Shown: piece after piece, positions 20,151-30,727 of the stretch
Layout of the letters: each line of letters begins with the position of its first letter
How positions within the stretch are numbered: the stretch's first letter is position 1
DNA from: Candidatus Dadabacteria bacterium
GTDB taxonomy: Bacteria > Desulfobacterota_D > UBA1144 > Nemesobacterales > Nemesobacteraceae
Direction of reading: 5' to 3'
NCBI GenBank assembly: GCA_009837205.1
Contig: VXTZ01000026.1
Location: 83,629 to 147,628 of the forward strand
DNA length: 64,000 nucleotides
Position numbers and translations under genes: made by a program
Notes under the pieces: generated by a model
The model's input: only the letters and a program-made list of their open reading frames with translations
Told to the model about the DNA's origin: nothing
Database searches by the model: none

Positions 20151-21431
20151 TTACCGCCCGATAACCCTGATACCATCCATATAGGGGACCAGCACCTCGG
20201 GAACCTCCACCGTCCCCTCTTCGGTCTGGAAGTTCTCGACAATCGCCAGCAGAGCCCTGCCCACAGCCACCCCAGAACCATTAAGAGTATGGAGATAGGC
20301 CGGCTTGGACCCCTTTGATTTTCTGTATCTTATGTTGGCGCGCCTCGCCTGAAACGCCTCAAAATTGCTGCAGGACGATATTTCCCTGTATCTGCCTTCG
20401 CTAGGCACCCATACTTCAAGATCATAAGTCTTGGCGGAAGAAAATCCCATGTCTCCCGTACAAAGAAGAACAACCCTGTAGGGAATACCCAAAAGTTCAA
20501 GAATCTTAGCGGCATCAGCAGTCAACATTTCAAGTTCCTCGTACGAATTCTCCGGGTCGGCGAAGCGTACAAGCTCCACCTTGTTAAACTGATGCTGCCT
20601 GATTATCCCGTGCACGTCCTTCCCGTAAGAACCCGCTTCCTTTCTGAAGCACGGAGTGTAAGCCACGTATTTAATCGGAAGCATCTCCGGGGGAATTATC
20701 TCGTCGCGGTGAATGTTGGTAACGGGAACCTCAGCAGTGGGAATCATGTAATAGTCCGTATCGCTAAGCTTGAAAAGGTCTTCCTCGAATTTGGGGAGAT
20801 TTCCCGTTCCAGTAAGACTCTCCGTGTTGGCTACGAAGGGAGTGAGAACCTCTGTGTACCCGTGCTGCTTGGTATGAACATCGAGCATGAAGTTTATAAG
20901 GGCTCTCTCAAGCCGCGCGCCCGCGTTTTTGTAAAGCGCAAACCGTGCACCTGCGATCTTCGTCGCCCTCGGAAGGTCCAGTATGTCGAGCTCGGCTCCC
21001 AGCAACACGTGGTCCTTTACCTCGAAGTCGAAATCCCTCGGTTCTCCCCACTTCCTTATCTCGACGTTTGCCGTGTCGTCCGGACCCTCGGGAACCGAGG
21101 AATCGGGCATGTTGGGAACGGTCAGAAGGAACTCCCTGAGAAGCCCCTCCACCTCCACTTTCTTCTCGTTAAGATCCTTTACCTCTTCCGAGAGAGCCTT
21201 CAGTTCGGGCAGAAGTTCTGCAAGTCCCTGCTGATCTCCAGACCTCTTAAGGACACCCACCTTTCTTGAGCCCTCGTTTCTCTGGTGTTCCAGAGTCTCA
21301 ACCCTTTTTATTATCTCTTTTCTGCGGGAATTCAGCACTGTAAACTCCGAGAGATCGGTCTCAAAACCGCGGGTAGCGAGTTTTTCGCCAACAAGATCAA
21401 TATTTCGCTCAATTAATTTGGGGTCTAGCAT
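20151..21431 (-). CDS. serS: seryl-tRNA synthetase
   Basis: [23 protein letters not shown]... N-terminal coiled coil plus class II core motifs. 426 aa. Confidence 0.95.
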   Translation of the reverse strand: MLDPKLIERNIDLVGEKLATRGFETDLSEFTVLNSRRKEIIKRVETLEHQRNEGSRKVGVLKRSGDQQGLAELLPELKALSEEVKDLNEKKVEVEGLLREFLLTVPNMPDSSVPEGPDDTANVEIRKWGEPRDFDFEVKDHVLLGAELDILDLPRATKIAGARFALYKNAGARLERALINFMLDVHTKQHGYTEVLTPFVANTESLTGTGNLPKFEEDLFKLSDTDYYMIPTAEVPVTNIHRDEIIPPEMLPIKYVAYTPCFRKEAGSYGKDVHGIIRQHQFNKVELVRFADPENSYEELEMLTADAAKILELLGIPYRVVLLCTGDMGFSSAKTYDLEVWVPSEGRYREISSCSNFEAFQARRANIRYRKSKGSKPAYLHTLNGSGVAVGRALLAIVENFQTEEGTVEVPEVLVPYMDGIRVIGR

Positions 21432-21597
21432 CTAAAACACATACTCCGGCAGAACTTGAAAAAAGCAAAAGTCAGGTGTCTAATTTACACTCACAGTCGA
21501 TATTTTCAAACATCTCGAGACTTTGCACAAAAGGTTCTTTTCGGGTTTAATAACTGGATATATAAAGCTGAAAGAACGTCAGGAGAGAGAATAAGCA

Positions 21598-22317
21598 ATG
21601 AAAATACTGGATAACGGAATAGAAATAACCTACTTTGGACATTCCACTTTCTCAGTAAAATCGCCGGCCGGCAAAACGGTGATGATAGACCCGTGGATTG
21701 AGGGAAACCCCTCGTGCCCGGAACAGCTCCGTGAAGTCGGTCATGTTGACATCATAGCAGTCACACACGGACATTTTGACCATATAAGTGACGTGATTCC
21801 TCTATGCAGCAAATATAATCCCAAAGTGGTGGCAAACTGGGAGATCTGCGACTGGCTGGGCTCAAAGGGAATTCAGAACTGCATGCCGTGTAACAAGGGA
21901 GGCAACGTGGTCATAGACGGAATAAGGTTCACAATGACCCACGCCCAGCACAGCAGCAGCATGAAGGAGGAAGACGGAACTGTTATCTATGGCGGGGAAC
22001 CGGCAGGCTACATAATAAAGTTTGAAAACGACTACACAATATACCATGCCGGAGATACCAACATTTTCGGTGACATGAAACTTATATCGGAGATATACAA
22101 ACCACAGCTGGCAATGCTGCCCATCGGAGACCTCTTCACGATGTCTCCGCTTGAGGCATCATACGCATGCAGGCTGCTTAACGTGAAATGGGTTATCCCC
22201 ATGCACTACGGGACTTTTCCGCTTCTGGTGGGAACTCCGGATGAACTGAAGTCGCTGACCAAGGGCATGGATTCGCTGAGCGTGGTTGCCTTGGAACCGG
22301 GACAGCAGATCACATGA
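21598..22317 (+). CDS. UPF0173-family metal-dependent hydrolase (metallo-beta-lactamase fold)
   Basis: ITYFGHSTFSVKSPAGKTVMIDPW...VTHGHFDH matches UPF0173. Confidence 0.8.
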   Translation: MKILDNGIEITYFGHSTFSVKSPAGKTVMIDPWIEGNPSCPEQLREVGHVDIIAVTHGHFDHISDVIPLCSKYNPKVVANWEICDWLGSKGIQNCMPCNKGGNVVIDGIRFTMTHAQHSSSMKEEDGTVIYGGEPAGYIIKFENDYTIYHAGDTNIFGDMKLISEIYKPQLAMLPIGDLFTMSPLEASYACRLLNVKWVIPMHYGTFPLLVGTPDELKSLTKGMDSLSVVALEPGQQIT

Positions 22318-22393
22318 CTTGCAGAGACCTTTTACTTCAGAACTAAAGGAGCTTCTTTGTTCTCATAAAAAGACAGATTCGCAAAAAAGAGTT

Positions 22394-23080
22394 ATGAAAA
22401 ATCCGGCAAAATTATTAATCACCATCGCCGTGCTCCTTACGGTTTCCTGTGGGGGAAAGCAGGCGATTTACGAAGGAACAGCAGAACAACTTAATAACGA
22501 AGTGATTGAAGAACTTAACAAGGAAGGCGGTTTTCCTTGGATATTCGGTGGAACAAATTACGACAAAGTATTCGACATCCTCAAAGAAATACAGATCCGC
22601 TATCCCTATACCAAGTACGCCGCGCTAGCCGAACTCAGAAGCGGTGATGTTTATTTAAAAAAAAAGGAATACACTCTAGCCGCTGAGGAATACGAAAATT
22701 TCATAGCGAACCATCCGGGTCACAAAGAACTTGATTACGCAATGTATCGCCTCGGACTCTCCTACTATAAGATGAAAGCGGGGAAGGACAGAAACCATTC
22801 AAAACGGCTTCAGTCAATAAAGTGGTTTACACTGCTTAATAAGACCTATCCCGACTCCCCGTACGCTGAGCAGACACAGGATAAAATCGAGAAATCCAGA
22901 AGAATGCTCGCGGAAAGAGAAATCTACATAGGGAAATTCTATCAGAAGAAAAAGAACTACGAGGCGGCGGCGCAAAGATACAGAAACGTTCTTGAAAATT
23001 ACTCCGACACCGAATACGCCGAGAAAGCCAGGAAGCTTCTCAGAGAGACTGAGGAAAAATTATCCAAGCAGTCATCCTAG
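22394..23080 (+). CDS. bamD: outer membrane protein assembly factor BamD (TPR lipoprotein)
   Basis: Lipoprotein signal LLTVSCGG. TPR repeats with the BamD-typical 'YAEKA...' C-terminus. Start chosen at MKNPAKLL rather than the ORF-track 22286. Confidence 0.8.
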   Translation: MKNPAKLLITIAVLLTVSCGGKQAIYEGTAEQLNNEVIEELNKEGGFPWIFGGTNYDKVFDILKEIQIRYPYTKYAALAELRSGDVYLKKKEYTLAAEEYENFIANHPGHKELDYAMYRLGLSYYKMKAGKDRNHSKRLQSIKWFTLLNKTYPDSPYAEQTQDKIEKSRRMLAEREIYIGKFYQKKKNYEAAAQRYRNVLENYSDTEYAEKARKLLRETEEKLSKQSS

Positions 23081-23228
23081 TAACAGGAGAAACCTTTCCC
23101 CGAAGGTGCGGGCAAGCAATCCGCCACGTGAATTTAACGACAAGGTAATTTGCCGGGCGGCTGTGCGTATCGATCCGGAACGCGCGTTTTAATCAAACGA
23201 TGTAATTCCACTCAAACAAAAAACAGAA

Positions 23229-23687
23229 ATGGTGAAGACATACAAGCTGCTTGCATATCTAGTTGTGATTATTTTTCTCGCCTCCTGCGGGTCTTCTGAT
23301 GAAGAGGAGATAAATCTGCTTTTGGACAAGAGAGTCAGGTCCTTTCAGCTAAAAGACCCTGAAATGTATTCTGAGTGTATACACGAAGATTACAGGGCAA
23401 CTTCAGGGGAAAAAGTTGTTGACAAGCACGAGCTGGTAAGCAGGTTCAAGGACCAGGTATCCACCATTGACACGGTATCATTCGGCGAATCCGAAAGATA
23501 CATATACATCAACGGGACAGACGCAAGGGTAATGATGCTCTCTTCGATTGACGTAAAGATAGGTAGTTATTCAATGACATATAAAGCCAGAGAGGTTATT
23601 AACTTATCGAAAGTACTGGGGAAGTGGAGAATAACCAAGGAGTCTATGCTTAACTTGCTCAGCGGAACTATGATTCTTGATAACTAA
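23229..23687 (+). CDS. hypothetical lipoprotein (NTF2/SnoaL-like fold likely)
   Basis: Lipobox LASCGSS. No strong family signature. Confidence 0.5.
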   Translation: MVKTYKLLAYLVVIIFLASCGSSDEEEINLLLDKRVRSFQLKDPEMYSECIHEDYRATSGEKVVDKHELVSRFKDQVSTIDTVSFGESERYIYINGTDARVMMLSSIDVKIGSYSMTYKAREVINLSKVLGKWRITKESMLNLLSGTMILDN

Positions 23688-23690
23688 GAA

Positions 23691-24050
23691 CTAGCCGAAT
23701 TTCTTTTCAATATCTTCCTGCTCTTCCTTACACTCTATGCAAAGAGTAGTCTCCGGTCTTGCAATCAGTCTCTGCTCCGAGATCTCCTCTTCACACACCT
23801 CACAGATTCCGTAAGAACCATTCTCAAGTCTAACGAGCGCGTCGCGTATTTTCCGAAGCAGCTTTCTCTCCCTGTCCCTTTCCCGCAGTTCAAGAACCCT
23901 GTTCGACTCGGATAGCGCCCTGTCAAGTGGATCTGGGAAAGAATTGGACCCCTTACTCATCCTATCAACAGTATCATAGGCAATGCCCAGTATATCGGAC
24001 ATCTTCTGAATCAGGATGGTTCTTACCGTCTCCCTGGTTTCTGCCTTCAT
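23691..24050 (-). CDS. dksA: RNA polymerase-binding transcription factor DksA (C4 zinc finger)
   Basis: NGSYGICEVCEEEISEQRLIARPETTLCIECKEEQE is the DksA/TraR C4 finger. Coiled-coil N-terminus. Confidence 0.85.
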   Translation of the reverse strand: MKAETRETVRTILIQKMSDILGIAYDTVDRMSKGSNSFPDPLDRALSESNRVLELRERDRERKLLRKIRDALVRLENGSYGICEVCEEEISEQRLIARPETTLCIECKEEQEDIEKKFG

Positions 24051-24122
24051 GGAGAATATTATATATACCTACGTTTTTTTGTAAATTTGACGAAACGCGA
24101 CAAATACAATTAATTATCCGCC

Positions 24123-25010
24123 ATGGCGAGAATGAAGAGACTTACGATTGAGTTGCCGGGAGAAATGGCTGCACTTGTTTCAGATCTGCTCTTGGGTCTT
24201 GAAGCCGGAGGCGTTAGCGAGGAGCAAAGAGACCACGAAGAACCGTTAATTCATGCGTATTTCAAGGAAGAAATGGACATTGCGGGAATCATAACAACCG
24301 TAAGGGAGTTCTCTATGCTTTTTAGCGAAAACGCCGAGGCGGTCCGGTTCACCACCCGATACATAAATCAAGCAGACTGGGAAGGTTGGAAATCCTATTT
24401 GAAACCGGTAAGGGCGAGTCGTCGAATAGTTATCAAACCTCCATGGGAAAAACAATACAAGGCGGAGCGGGGAACCAAGGTAGTTGAAATAAACCCGGGA
24501 AACGCCTTTGGCACGGGACATCATGAAACAACAAGAATATGCGTAAGTTATCTGGACGAAATTATCGAAAAATCCCCTGGGTGTTCTGTTTTTGACGTGG
24601 GATGCGGGAGCGGTATTCTGGGTATCTGCTCAATCAAACTGGGAGCATACATTTCGTTTTGCGCAGACATTGATTTCAAGGCCGCAAAAGAAACTATCTC
24701 GAATTCCGCAAGGAACGCGACTTCCGACAAGGTAAAAGTCTGGTGTGGTTCTGCGGACTGTACACGGAAAAAATTCGACGTGGTTGTTTCTAACACATCC
24801 AAGGATACTCTTATTTCAATGAGGGAAAGTCTAAAAGAGAGACTTCTCCCCCTGGGACATCTTATAGTGTCCGGCATACAGGCAAACGAGAAACGTGAAG
24901 TGGCCGAAATTTACGGAAACTCGGGTTATGATATTGTCAGTGGGAAGGTCGAGGGCGGATGGGCCGGACTGCTCCTTAGGTTAAAGAAAACGAGAAAGCC
25001 TGAAAAATGA
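24123..25010 (+). CDS. prmA: ribosomal protein L11 methyltransferase
   Basis: PrmA N-terminal domain plus the SAM motif VFDVGCGSGILGI. Confidence 0.9.
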   Translation: MARMKRLTIELPGEMAALVSDLLLGLEAGGVSEEQRDHEEPLIHAYFKEEMDIAGIITTVREFSMLFSENAEAVRFTTRYINQADWEGWKSYLKPVRASRRIVIKPPWEKQYKAERGTKVVEINPGNAFGTGHHETTRICVSYLDEIIEKSPGCSVFDVGCGSGILGICSIKLGAYISFCADIDFKAAKETISNSARNATSDKVKVWCGSADCTRKKFDVVVSNTSKDTLISMRESLKERLLPLGHLIVSGIQANEKREVAEIYGNSGYDIVSGKVEGGWAGLLLRLKKTRKPEK

Positions 25011-26056
25011 ACTCTTTTAAAACTATAGAATGGAAAGACGACAGGGTCTTAATGATTGACCAGAGAAAGCTTCCGGGAGAGGAAGTCTACGTTGAATGCA
25101 CTACTTTTGAAGAGGTGGCCGAATGTATAAGGAAACTGGTTATCAGGGGAGCCCCGGCGATAGGAATAGCGGCCGCCATGGGAATGGCTCTCGGAGCCGC
25201 GGGTATCGGAAACGATTGCTCCTATGAAAATTTCGAAGAGCGCATGAAAGCCATATCGGATCACCTGGCCCTGACGCGACCGACAGCCGTAAATCTGTTT
25301 TGGGCCATCGCCAGAATGAACAGACTGATTTCCAAGTGCAGAGGCAAAGAAATTGAAGAGATAAAAAACCTTCTCATAACCGAGGCGATCAATATACAGA
25401 AAGAAGACATTGAGATATGCATGCAGATCGGGGAAAACGGATCCAAACTCATAAGAGAAAACTCTGTCATACTCACGCACTGCAACGCCGGAGGACTCGC
25501 CACCGCCGGTTATGGAACAGCTCTAGGGGTAATAAGGTCAGCCTTTAACCAAGGCAAGAATATAAGCGTAATATCATCAGAGACAAGACCCGTTCTCCAA
25601 GGAGCGAGGCTCACTACGTGGGAACTTGAGCGGGATGGAATCCCGGTCCGTTTGATAACCGACAGCATGGCCGGGCATCTGATGAGTAAGGGGATCGTGA
25701 ATTCGGTCGTGGTCGGGGCTGACAGGGTAGCTTCAAATGGAGATACGGCAAACAAGATAGGAACCTATTCCCTCTCCGTCCTGGCCAAGCATCACGGCAT
25801 TCCCTTTTACGTAGCGGCCCCCACTTCAACCATAGATACCGAATGCTTAAGCGGAGAGGATATTATAATTGAGCAAAGGGAACCCGAAGAAGTAACGCAC
25901 ATAGACGGGAAAAGAATAAGTGCGGAAGTAACCGCAATCAATCCCGCTTTTGACATTACACCGGCCGAAAATATCGAATGCCTGATAACTGAAGTCGGAC
26001 TGTTTAAAAAACCCTATGCTAAATCTCTCGGCAGACTTAAAAAGAAAGATCAGTAA
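25007..26056 (+). CDS. mtnA: S-methyl-5-thioribose-1-phosphate isomerase (eIF-2B-like)
   Basis: IEWKDDRVLMIDQRKLPGEEVYVECTTFEEVAECIRKLVIRGAPAIGIAAA is the MtnA consensus. Confidence 0.9.
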   Translation: MNSFKTIEWKDDRVLMIDQRKLPGEEVYVECTTFEEVAECIRKLVIRGAPAIGIAAAMGMALGAAGIGNDCSYENFEERMKAISDHLALTRPTAVNLFWAIARMNRLISKCRGKEIEEIKNLLITEAINIQKEDIEICMQIGENGSKLIRENSVILTHCNAGGLATAGYGTALGVIRSAFNQGKNISVISSETRPVLQGARLTTWELERDGIPVRLITDSMAGHLMSKGIVNSVVVGADRVASNGDTANKIGTYSLSVLAKHHGIPFYVAAPTSTIDTECLSGEDIIIEQREPEEVTHIDGKRISAEVTAINPAFDITPAENIECLITEVGLFKKPYAKSLGRLKKKDQ

Positions 26057-26529
26057 TCTCCCCTTTCAATTTCCTCCTGAGCTTCGACGCTCAGTTTCGT
26101 AAAGGGCATGACCATCAGCCTCTCTTCGCCTATTTTTTCCCCTGTAACCTCGCAGAAACCATATTCCCCGTTTTCAATCCTCTTTAGAGCATCATCTATC
26201 TGGTGCAGTTTGCTGCGCTCCCTGTTCGAAAGAGTAAGGGCAAGTTCTCTCTGCCTGTCTTCGGATGCGTGATCATAAAAATCTCCGACATTGAAACGCA
26301 GATGATCCGATTCCTCTTTCATTGATCGGGTTACATCTTTAAGCAGTTCCTTTCTCATCTCTTTAAGCATGGCAGTCATCTGGTTAAGGAACTTCTTTGT
26401 ATATTTTCTGGGGTTGGTTCTCCTCGACTTAGCTTTTGTTCCGGTCGCCGCAGAAGAACTTTCCTTCGAGGCCTTTTTTTCAGGTTTCTCCTTTTTTACT
26501 CTGGGCACGTTGACTCCTCCGGTAATCAA
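26050..26529 (-). CDS. DksA/TraR-family paralogue lacking the C4 zinc finger, with basic N-terminal extension
   Basis: ENGEYGFCEVTGEKIGEERLMVMPFTKLSVEAQEE has a single Cys only. The coiled coil is conserved. The N-terminus is K/R-rich. Confidence 0.7.
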   Translation of the reverse strand: MITGGVNVPRVKKEKPEKKASKESSSAATGTKAKSRRTNPRKYTKKFLNQMTAMLKEMRKELLKDVTRSMKEESDHLRFNVGDFYDHASEDRQRELALTLSNRERSKLHQIDDALKRIENGEYGFCEVTGEKIGEERLMVMPFTKLSVEAQEEIERGDY

Positions 26530-26672
26530 AGTCTAAAATTTTTAGGGTGAATTAAGATAAAATTATTATTCCTTTTGTCAATACCGGTCGTTGCCAGCAA
26601 TTGGGGACTATTATCTTGTCATATTCCCCGCCTCGGTGATAATATAGCTTTCTCAATTGTGACCCTTCCGAA

Positions 26673-28229
26673 ATGAAAAAAAGCTCTAACAATAGGGACG
26701 CCTGGGCGACCAAGACAGGCCTTATATTAGCCATGGCGGGCAACGCCATAGGCCTCGGCAACTTTCTTAGATTTCCAACGCAGGCCGCGGAAAACGGCGG
26801 CGGCGCTTTTATGATCCCCTATTTTATAGCATTTATCCTGATAGGGATTCCGATCATGTGGATGGAATGGGGAATGGGAAGGTATGGAGGGTCTCGCGGG
26901 CACGGAACAACCCCCGCAATATTCAATCTTTTCTGGAAAAGCCCCATTTCCAAAACCCTTGGCGTTATAGGGCTCTGGATACCCCTTGTCGTAACAATTT
27001 ACTACGTTTACATTGAATCCTGGACCTTGGGATACGCTCTGCATTTTCTCCTAGGAAGCAATCCCAGTCTCGATCCGGGGTCGGTTTCAAACGCCGCGGA
27101 GTACGTAAAACCCTACAGCAGCTTTCTTGCCGATTATCTCGGTGCGGGAGACGGGGTGTTCCTCACCCCTTCCAAGATGGCTATTACCGCCTTTGTAATC
27201 ACAATCAGTGCAAATTTCTACATCATGCTGAAAGGAATATCGGGAGGCATAGAGATATTCGTCAAGTATGCCCTCCCCATGCTGTTTGTCCTGGCGATAA
27301 TACTCGTAGTAAAAACTCTGACGCTCAAAACTGATTACGGAACCGCAATAGAGGGGCTTAACTTTCTCTGGAACCCCGACTTTGAAGCCCTTAAGAACCC
27401 GAAAGTATGGATAGCGGCGGCCGGGCAGATTTTCTTTACGCTGAGTCTGGCTTTCGGAGCAATAGTTGCGTACGCATCCTACATAAAGATCGATGATGAC
27501 GTAACCCTAAGCGGCCTGACTTCGGCAACTCTTAACGAGACAGTGGAGGTGATTCTCGGGGGCTCGATAGCCATTCCGGCTGCAGTGGCGTTCTTCGGAG
27601 TCGCAAGTGTGGTCACCGTAGCACAGTCAGGTGCATTCAGCTTGGGATTCGTAAGCCTCCCTGCAGTGTTCAGCAGCATTTCGGGAAGCCTAGGAGGAGT
27701 TGAGGCGGGCAGAATCTTCGGATTCTTGTGGTTTTTTCTCCTGTTTTTCGCCGGCATGACCTCGTCCGTAGCTATAGCATATCCCGTAGTAACCTTCCTT
27801 CAGGATGAATTCGGCATCTCGAGAGAAAGAGCTGTCGTATACACCATGCTGATAATAATTGTAAGCGTGCTGCCGGTGATACTGATAAGCCAGGTCCTTG
27901 ACGAATGGGATTTCTGGGCCGGCACCATAATGCTCGTCGTATTCGGATTCATTGAAATTGTAATGTTCATGTGGGTATTCGGGGCCGATAAAGCTTGGAA
28001 TGAAATAAACTCGGGGGGATTTATAAAGGCACCGCGGGTTTTTTATTACATCCTAAAATATCTGACACCGTTTTTCCTTCTGATTCTCATGTCGTGGTGG
28101 GGATACAGCAGTCTGCCTTCGATAATCGGAGAGACTAGCTGGAATATCTGGTTCGCTAGGCTTTATATTGTAGGGTTGTTTGTTTTCCTTTTAGCTATGG
28201 TTTATATTGCCGGTAGGAGGGAAAGATAA
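26673..28229 (+). CDS. sodium-dependent transporter, neurotransmitter:sodium symporter (SNF/NSS) family
   Basis: [59 protein letters not shown] is the NSS signature. 12 TM helices. Confidence 0.9.
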   Translation: MKKSSNNRDAWATKTGLILAMAGNAIGLGNFLRFPTQAAENGGGAFMIPYFIAFILIGIPIMWMEWGMGRYGGSRGHGTTPAIFNLFWKSPISKTLGVIGLWIPLVVTIYYVYIESWTLGYALHFLLGSNPSLDPGSVSNAAEYVKPYSSFLADYLGAGDGVFLTPSKMAITAFVITISANFYIMLKGISGGIEIFVKYALPMLFVLAIILVVKTLTLKTDYGTAIEGLNFLWNPDFEALKNPKVWIAAAGQIFFTLSLAFGAIVAYASYIKIDDDVTLSGLTSATLNETVEVILGGSIAIPAAVAFFGVASVVTVAQSGAFSLGFVSLPAVFSSISGSLGGVEAGRIFGFLWFFLLFFAGMTSSVAIAYPVVTFLQDEFGISRERAVVYTMLIIIVSVLPVILISQVLDEWDFWAGTIMLVVFGFIEIVMFMWVFGADKAWNEINSGGFIKAPRVFYYILKYLTPFFLLILMSWWGYSSLPSIIGETSWNIWFARLYIVGLFVFLLAMVYIAGRRER

Positions 28230-28390
28230 TGGATTTCGCCGCTGCACTCTTCATGTTTATCTCTTGGGCAAGCGTCTTGAGTCTTCTCTCTTTCTGCCTG
28301 ATAAAATTCCACAGAAACCCCAAGTAGCTGCCGCGGTAGCACCTTAAGATGTTCCGCAACCCTGGTTGGCAACCAGCAGGTGTTGCCGGC

Positions 28391-29740
28391 TTAGCCCTGT
28401 TCCGTTTCTTTTTGAAGAACTTCCTTGGGTTTTCCGATACGGAGAATTCTTATAACGTCTTCAAGCTGGTGTATCAAAAAGAGGGTAAGAGCAAAAGACG
28501 TAGCGAAAAGAACTAGGGAGTTTCCTCCGATTATCGCTATGAGAACTAACCCGGCCGAATAATAATTTCTCCTCCCCAAAAAGCGAAGACGGGCAAGCAG
28601 TTTCCTTAGGAGGGAAAGTTCCTCGGGATTGATATGCTTGTCGACTTCAAAGTACGCAACCAGACTTCCAGAATCTGTGTACTTTATCAGAAAGTAAAAC
28701 GACCATATCAGAAACAGGATGAAGATGATGATATTATAGGTTCCTAGGATCACCGCAACGGTGCTTCCGGTCTGAAGATAATATCCAACAGGAACTCCGA
28801 TCAGGAAGGAAAGCACTGTGAACTGGTCACTTATGGTATCAACCCACTGCCCTTTTTTTGTCTCCATAAGCTTTATTCTCGCAACTTCTCCGTCACACCT
28901 GTCCAAAACAGTTGCCACCTGCATGAAAAGAGCACCGAGCACCGGATGACCAAGGGCGTAAAGCGGCCCACAGAGCACCCCTATCAGGTTAATCAGAACG
29001 CTAGCAGCGTTAGGCGTAAGAGATGTTCTTATCAGGAGCTTGCTCAAAGGAAGAGACATCCGGCCGTTTATATTTCTGGCTATCCATCCGGTAGCCGTTT
29101 TACCTACGTGAGAAAAGATGATTCTTTCCGCTTCTTTTCGAGATTCCTTGGTATCCGAAAGGCGATACCAGTACCCGCTGTCGGCACTGAAGATTCTCAT
29201 ACGGTTCCGGGTGGCCTCGTCACCAAGCCAAGTATTGAGCCCGGCAGCCGAAAGCACAGATGGGACTTCTGTGAAGTTTACGGAGAAAGCGCCAAAGACG
29301 CTGCTTCCTCCACCGAAATACTTGGTTACGTAACCGGTTTCCCTGTCCATGCCAACAACAGGATCAGCGTCCTGCTGAACAAGCACAGAAAACTCATCCT
29401 CGCGGCAATCAGATGAATCACGAATGAATTTTTCAAGGGAATTGGAGTTTGTGACAACCAGAGAGGATTCTAAAATAAGAACCCTGCCCGAATCTACCGA
29501 CAGCGACTCTCCAGGTGGGACCCAGTTTATGTCCGATGTGATTCTCGGGTCATCAATAAGCAGGTTTTTTAGAAGACCCGCGTTGTCGGTAATTATATGA
29601 AACTGCTCAGTTCCGGCACGTTGACAATTTATTATAATTCTTTTGAGTTGAGGGACTTGCGCTATCGATTTGCTTGGGAATTTGGATAGATCCTCGCCAT
29701 TTGTTCCTGTGCCAGAACAAAGTACAATAGCGTCTTTCAT
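28391..29740 (-). CDS. bifunctional-architecture protein: N-terminal nucleotidyltransferase-like domain fused to CDP-alcohol phosphatidyltransferase membrane domain (IPCT/DIPPS-like)
   Basis: C-terminal 'DRCDGEVARIKLMETKKGQWVDTISD' fits D-G-x2-A-R-x8-G-x3-D-x3-D, followed by multiple TM helices. The N-terminal ~230 aa has an NTP-transferase-like fold with a degenerate G-x-G-T motif (LCSGTGTNG). Confidence 0.7.
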   Translation of the reverse strand: MKDAIVLCSGTGTNGEDLSKFPSKSIAQVPQLKRIIINCQRAGTEQFHIITDNAGLLKNLLIDDPRITSDINWVPPGESLSVDSGRVLILESSLVVTNSNSLEKFIRDSSDCREDEFSVLVQQDADPVVGMDRETGYVTKYFGGGSSVFGAFSVNFTEVPSVLSAAGLNTWLGDEATRNRMRIFSADSGYWYRLSDTKESRKEAERIIFSHVGKTATGWIARNINGRMSLPLSKLLIRTSLTPNAASVLINLIGVLCGPLYALGHPVLGALFMQVATVLDRCDGEVARIKLMETKKGQWVDTISDQFTVLSFLIGVPVGYYLQTGSTVAVILGTYNIIIFILFLIWSFYFLIKYTDSGSLVAYFEVDKHINPEELSLLRKLLARLRFLGRRNYYSAGLVLIAIIGGNSLVLFATSFALTLFLIHQLEDVIRILRIGKPKEVLQKETEQG

Positions 29741-29746
29741 GGCAGA

Positions 29747-30529
29747 TTATTCGGAGGAGTCAACAACTCTCAGAAGATTTGGGGCACGGTATTCCTTTTT
29801 CAAGAATCTGTCAGCCTGTTTTCTCGCCCTGAAAAGATCTAGCGGACAGTCGACATCCATCCAGTAAAGTTCGCCTATATCGAGGGGCTTGATTTTATAC
29901 CCCTTGCTTATAAGCCTGTGTATTGAGGAAATGTACCATTTGCCTTCGGCACCGGGATTCCTCATCTCTTCCTCAACCGCCCTTTTGAGCAGTTCAACAC
30001 CCGTATCCCTGAACATTCTTATGCCGACTGATTCGGCGGAGGTCTCAGCGTTTGAAATCTCCTTGCTTATCTTCGTGATTCTGCTGTCGTTGACAACAAC
30101 TTTCATGTCCTCCCTTTCATATCGAGATCTCTTTTTTATGGGAAGACAGATTTTTTCATCCCTGACTGCAAGCGCCTTGTCCAGAACACCTATCTCGTAT
30201 ACATCGTCTCCGTTCATGACCACTAAATCTTCGTCAAATTCGCTCCTGGCTATCCAGAGAGACACAAGGCTGTTTGTAGATTGATAGAATGGGTTGTAAA
30301 GGGTGTTGATTCTCATTCCCAGGCCATCGTAATTCCTTAGGAAATCCTCCACTCTCTCAAAACCGAAACCCACGACGATCACAACTTCGTTTATGCCGCA
30401 GTCCCTTATAAGGTTTATCTGGTGTTCAAGTATGGATATATTCCCAATATCAAGAAGACACTTGGGCTTGTCGTGAGTGTAGGGATATAGTCTAGTTCCC
30501 CTACCCGCTGCAAGTATTATAGCTTTCAT
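29747..30529 (-). CDS. sugar/alcohol-phosphate cytidylyltransferase (LicC/IPCT-type, NTP_transf_3)
   Basis: MKAIILAAGRGTRLYPYTHDKPKCLL... and the C-terminal 'YWMDVDCPLDL' are typical of CTP:phosphocholine and CTP:inositol-1-phosphate cytidylyltransferases. A 6-nt gap to the downstream CDP-alcohol transferase gene. Confidence 0.8.
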   Translation of the reverse strand: MKAIILAAGRGTRLYPYTHDKPKCLLDIGNISILEHQINLIRDCGINEVVIVVGFGFERVEDFLRNYDGLGMRINTLYNPFYQSTNSLVSLWIARSEFDEDLVVMNGDDVYEIGVLDKALAVRDEKICLPIKKRSRYEREDMKVVVNDSRITKISKEISNAETSAESVGIRMFRDTGVELLKRAVEEEMRNPGAEGKWYISSIHRLISKGYKIKPLDIGELYWMDVDCPLDLFRARKQADRFLKKEYRAPNLLRVVDSSE

Positions 30530-30727
30530 AAGTCAGATTTTTTAAATAGAAAGTCATACACCCGTGGAATCGAGAAAAGCAGACGATAACCCCGGCGAAA
30601 AACACGAGGAATAACGCCTTATTTCTTCAACATCCTCCGGGAGCTAATGTAACTATAGGAGCTAGGTATGTCAAACAGGGCTTTAATCCGCAAGTCTTAC
30701 GCGGGTTTTGGCTGAAACAAGGGGAAG

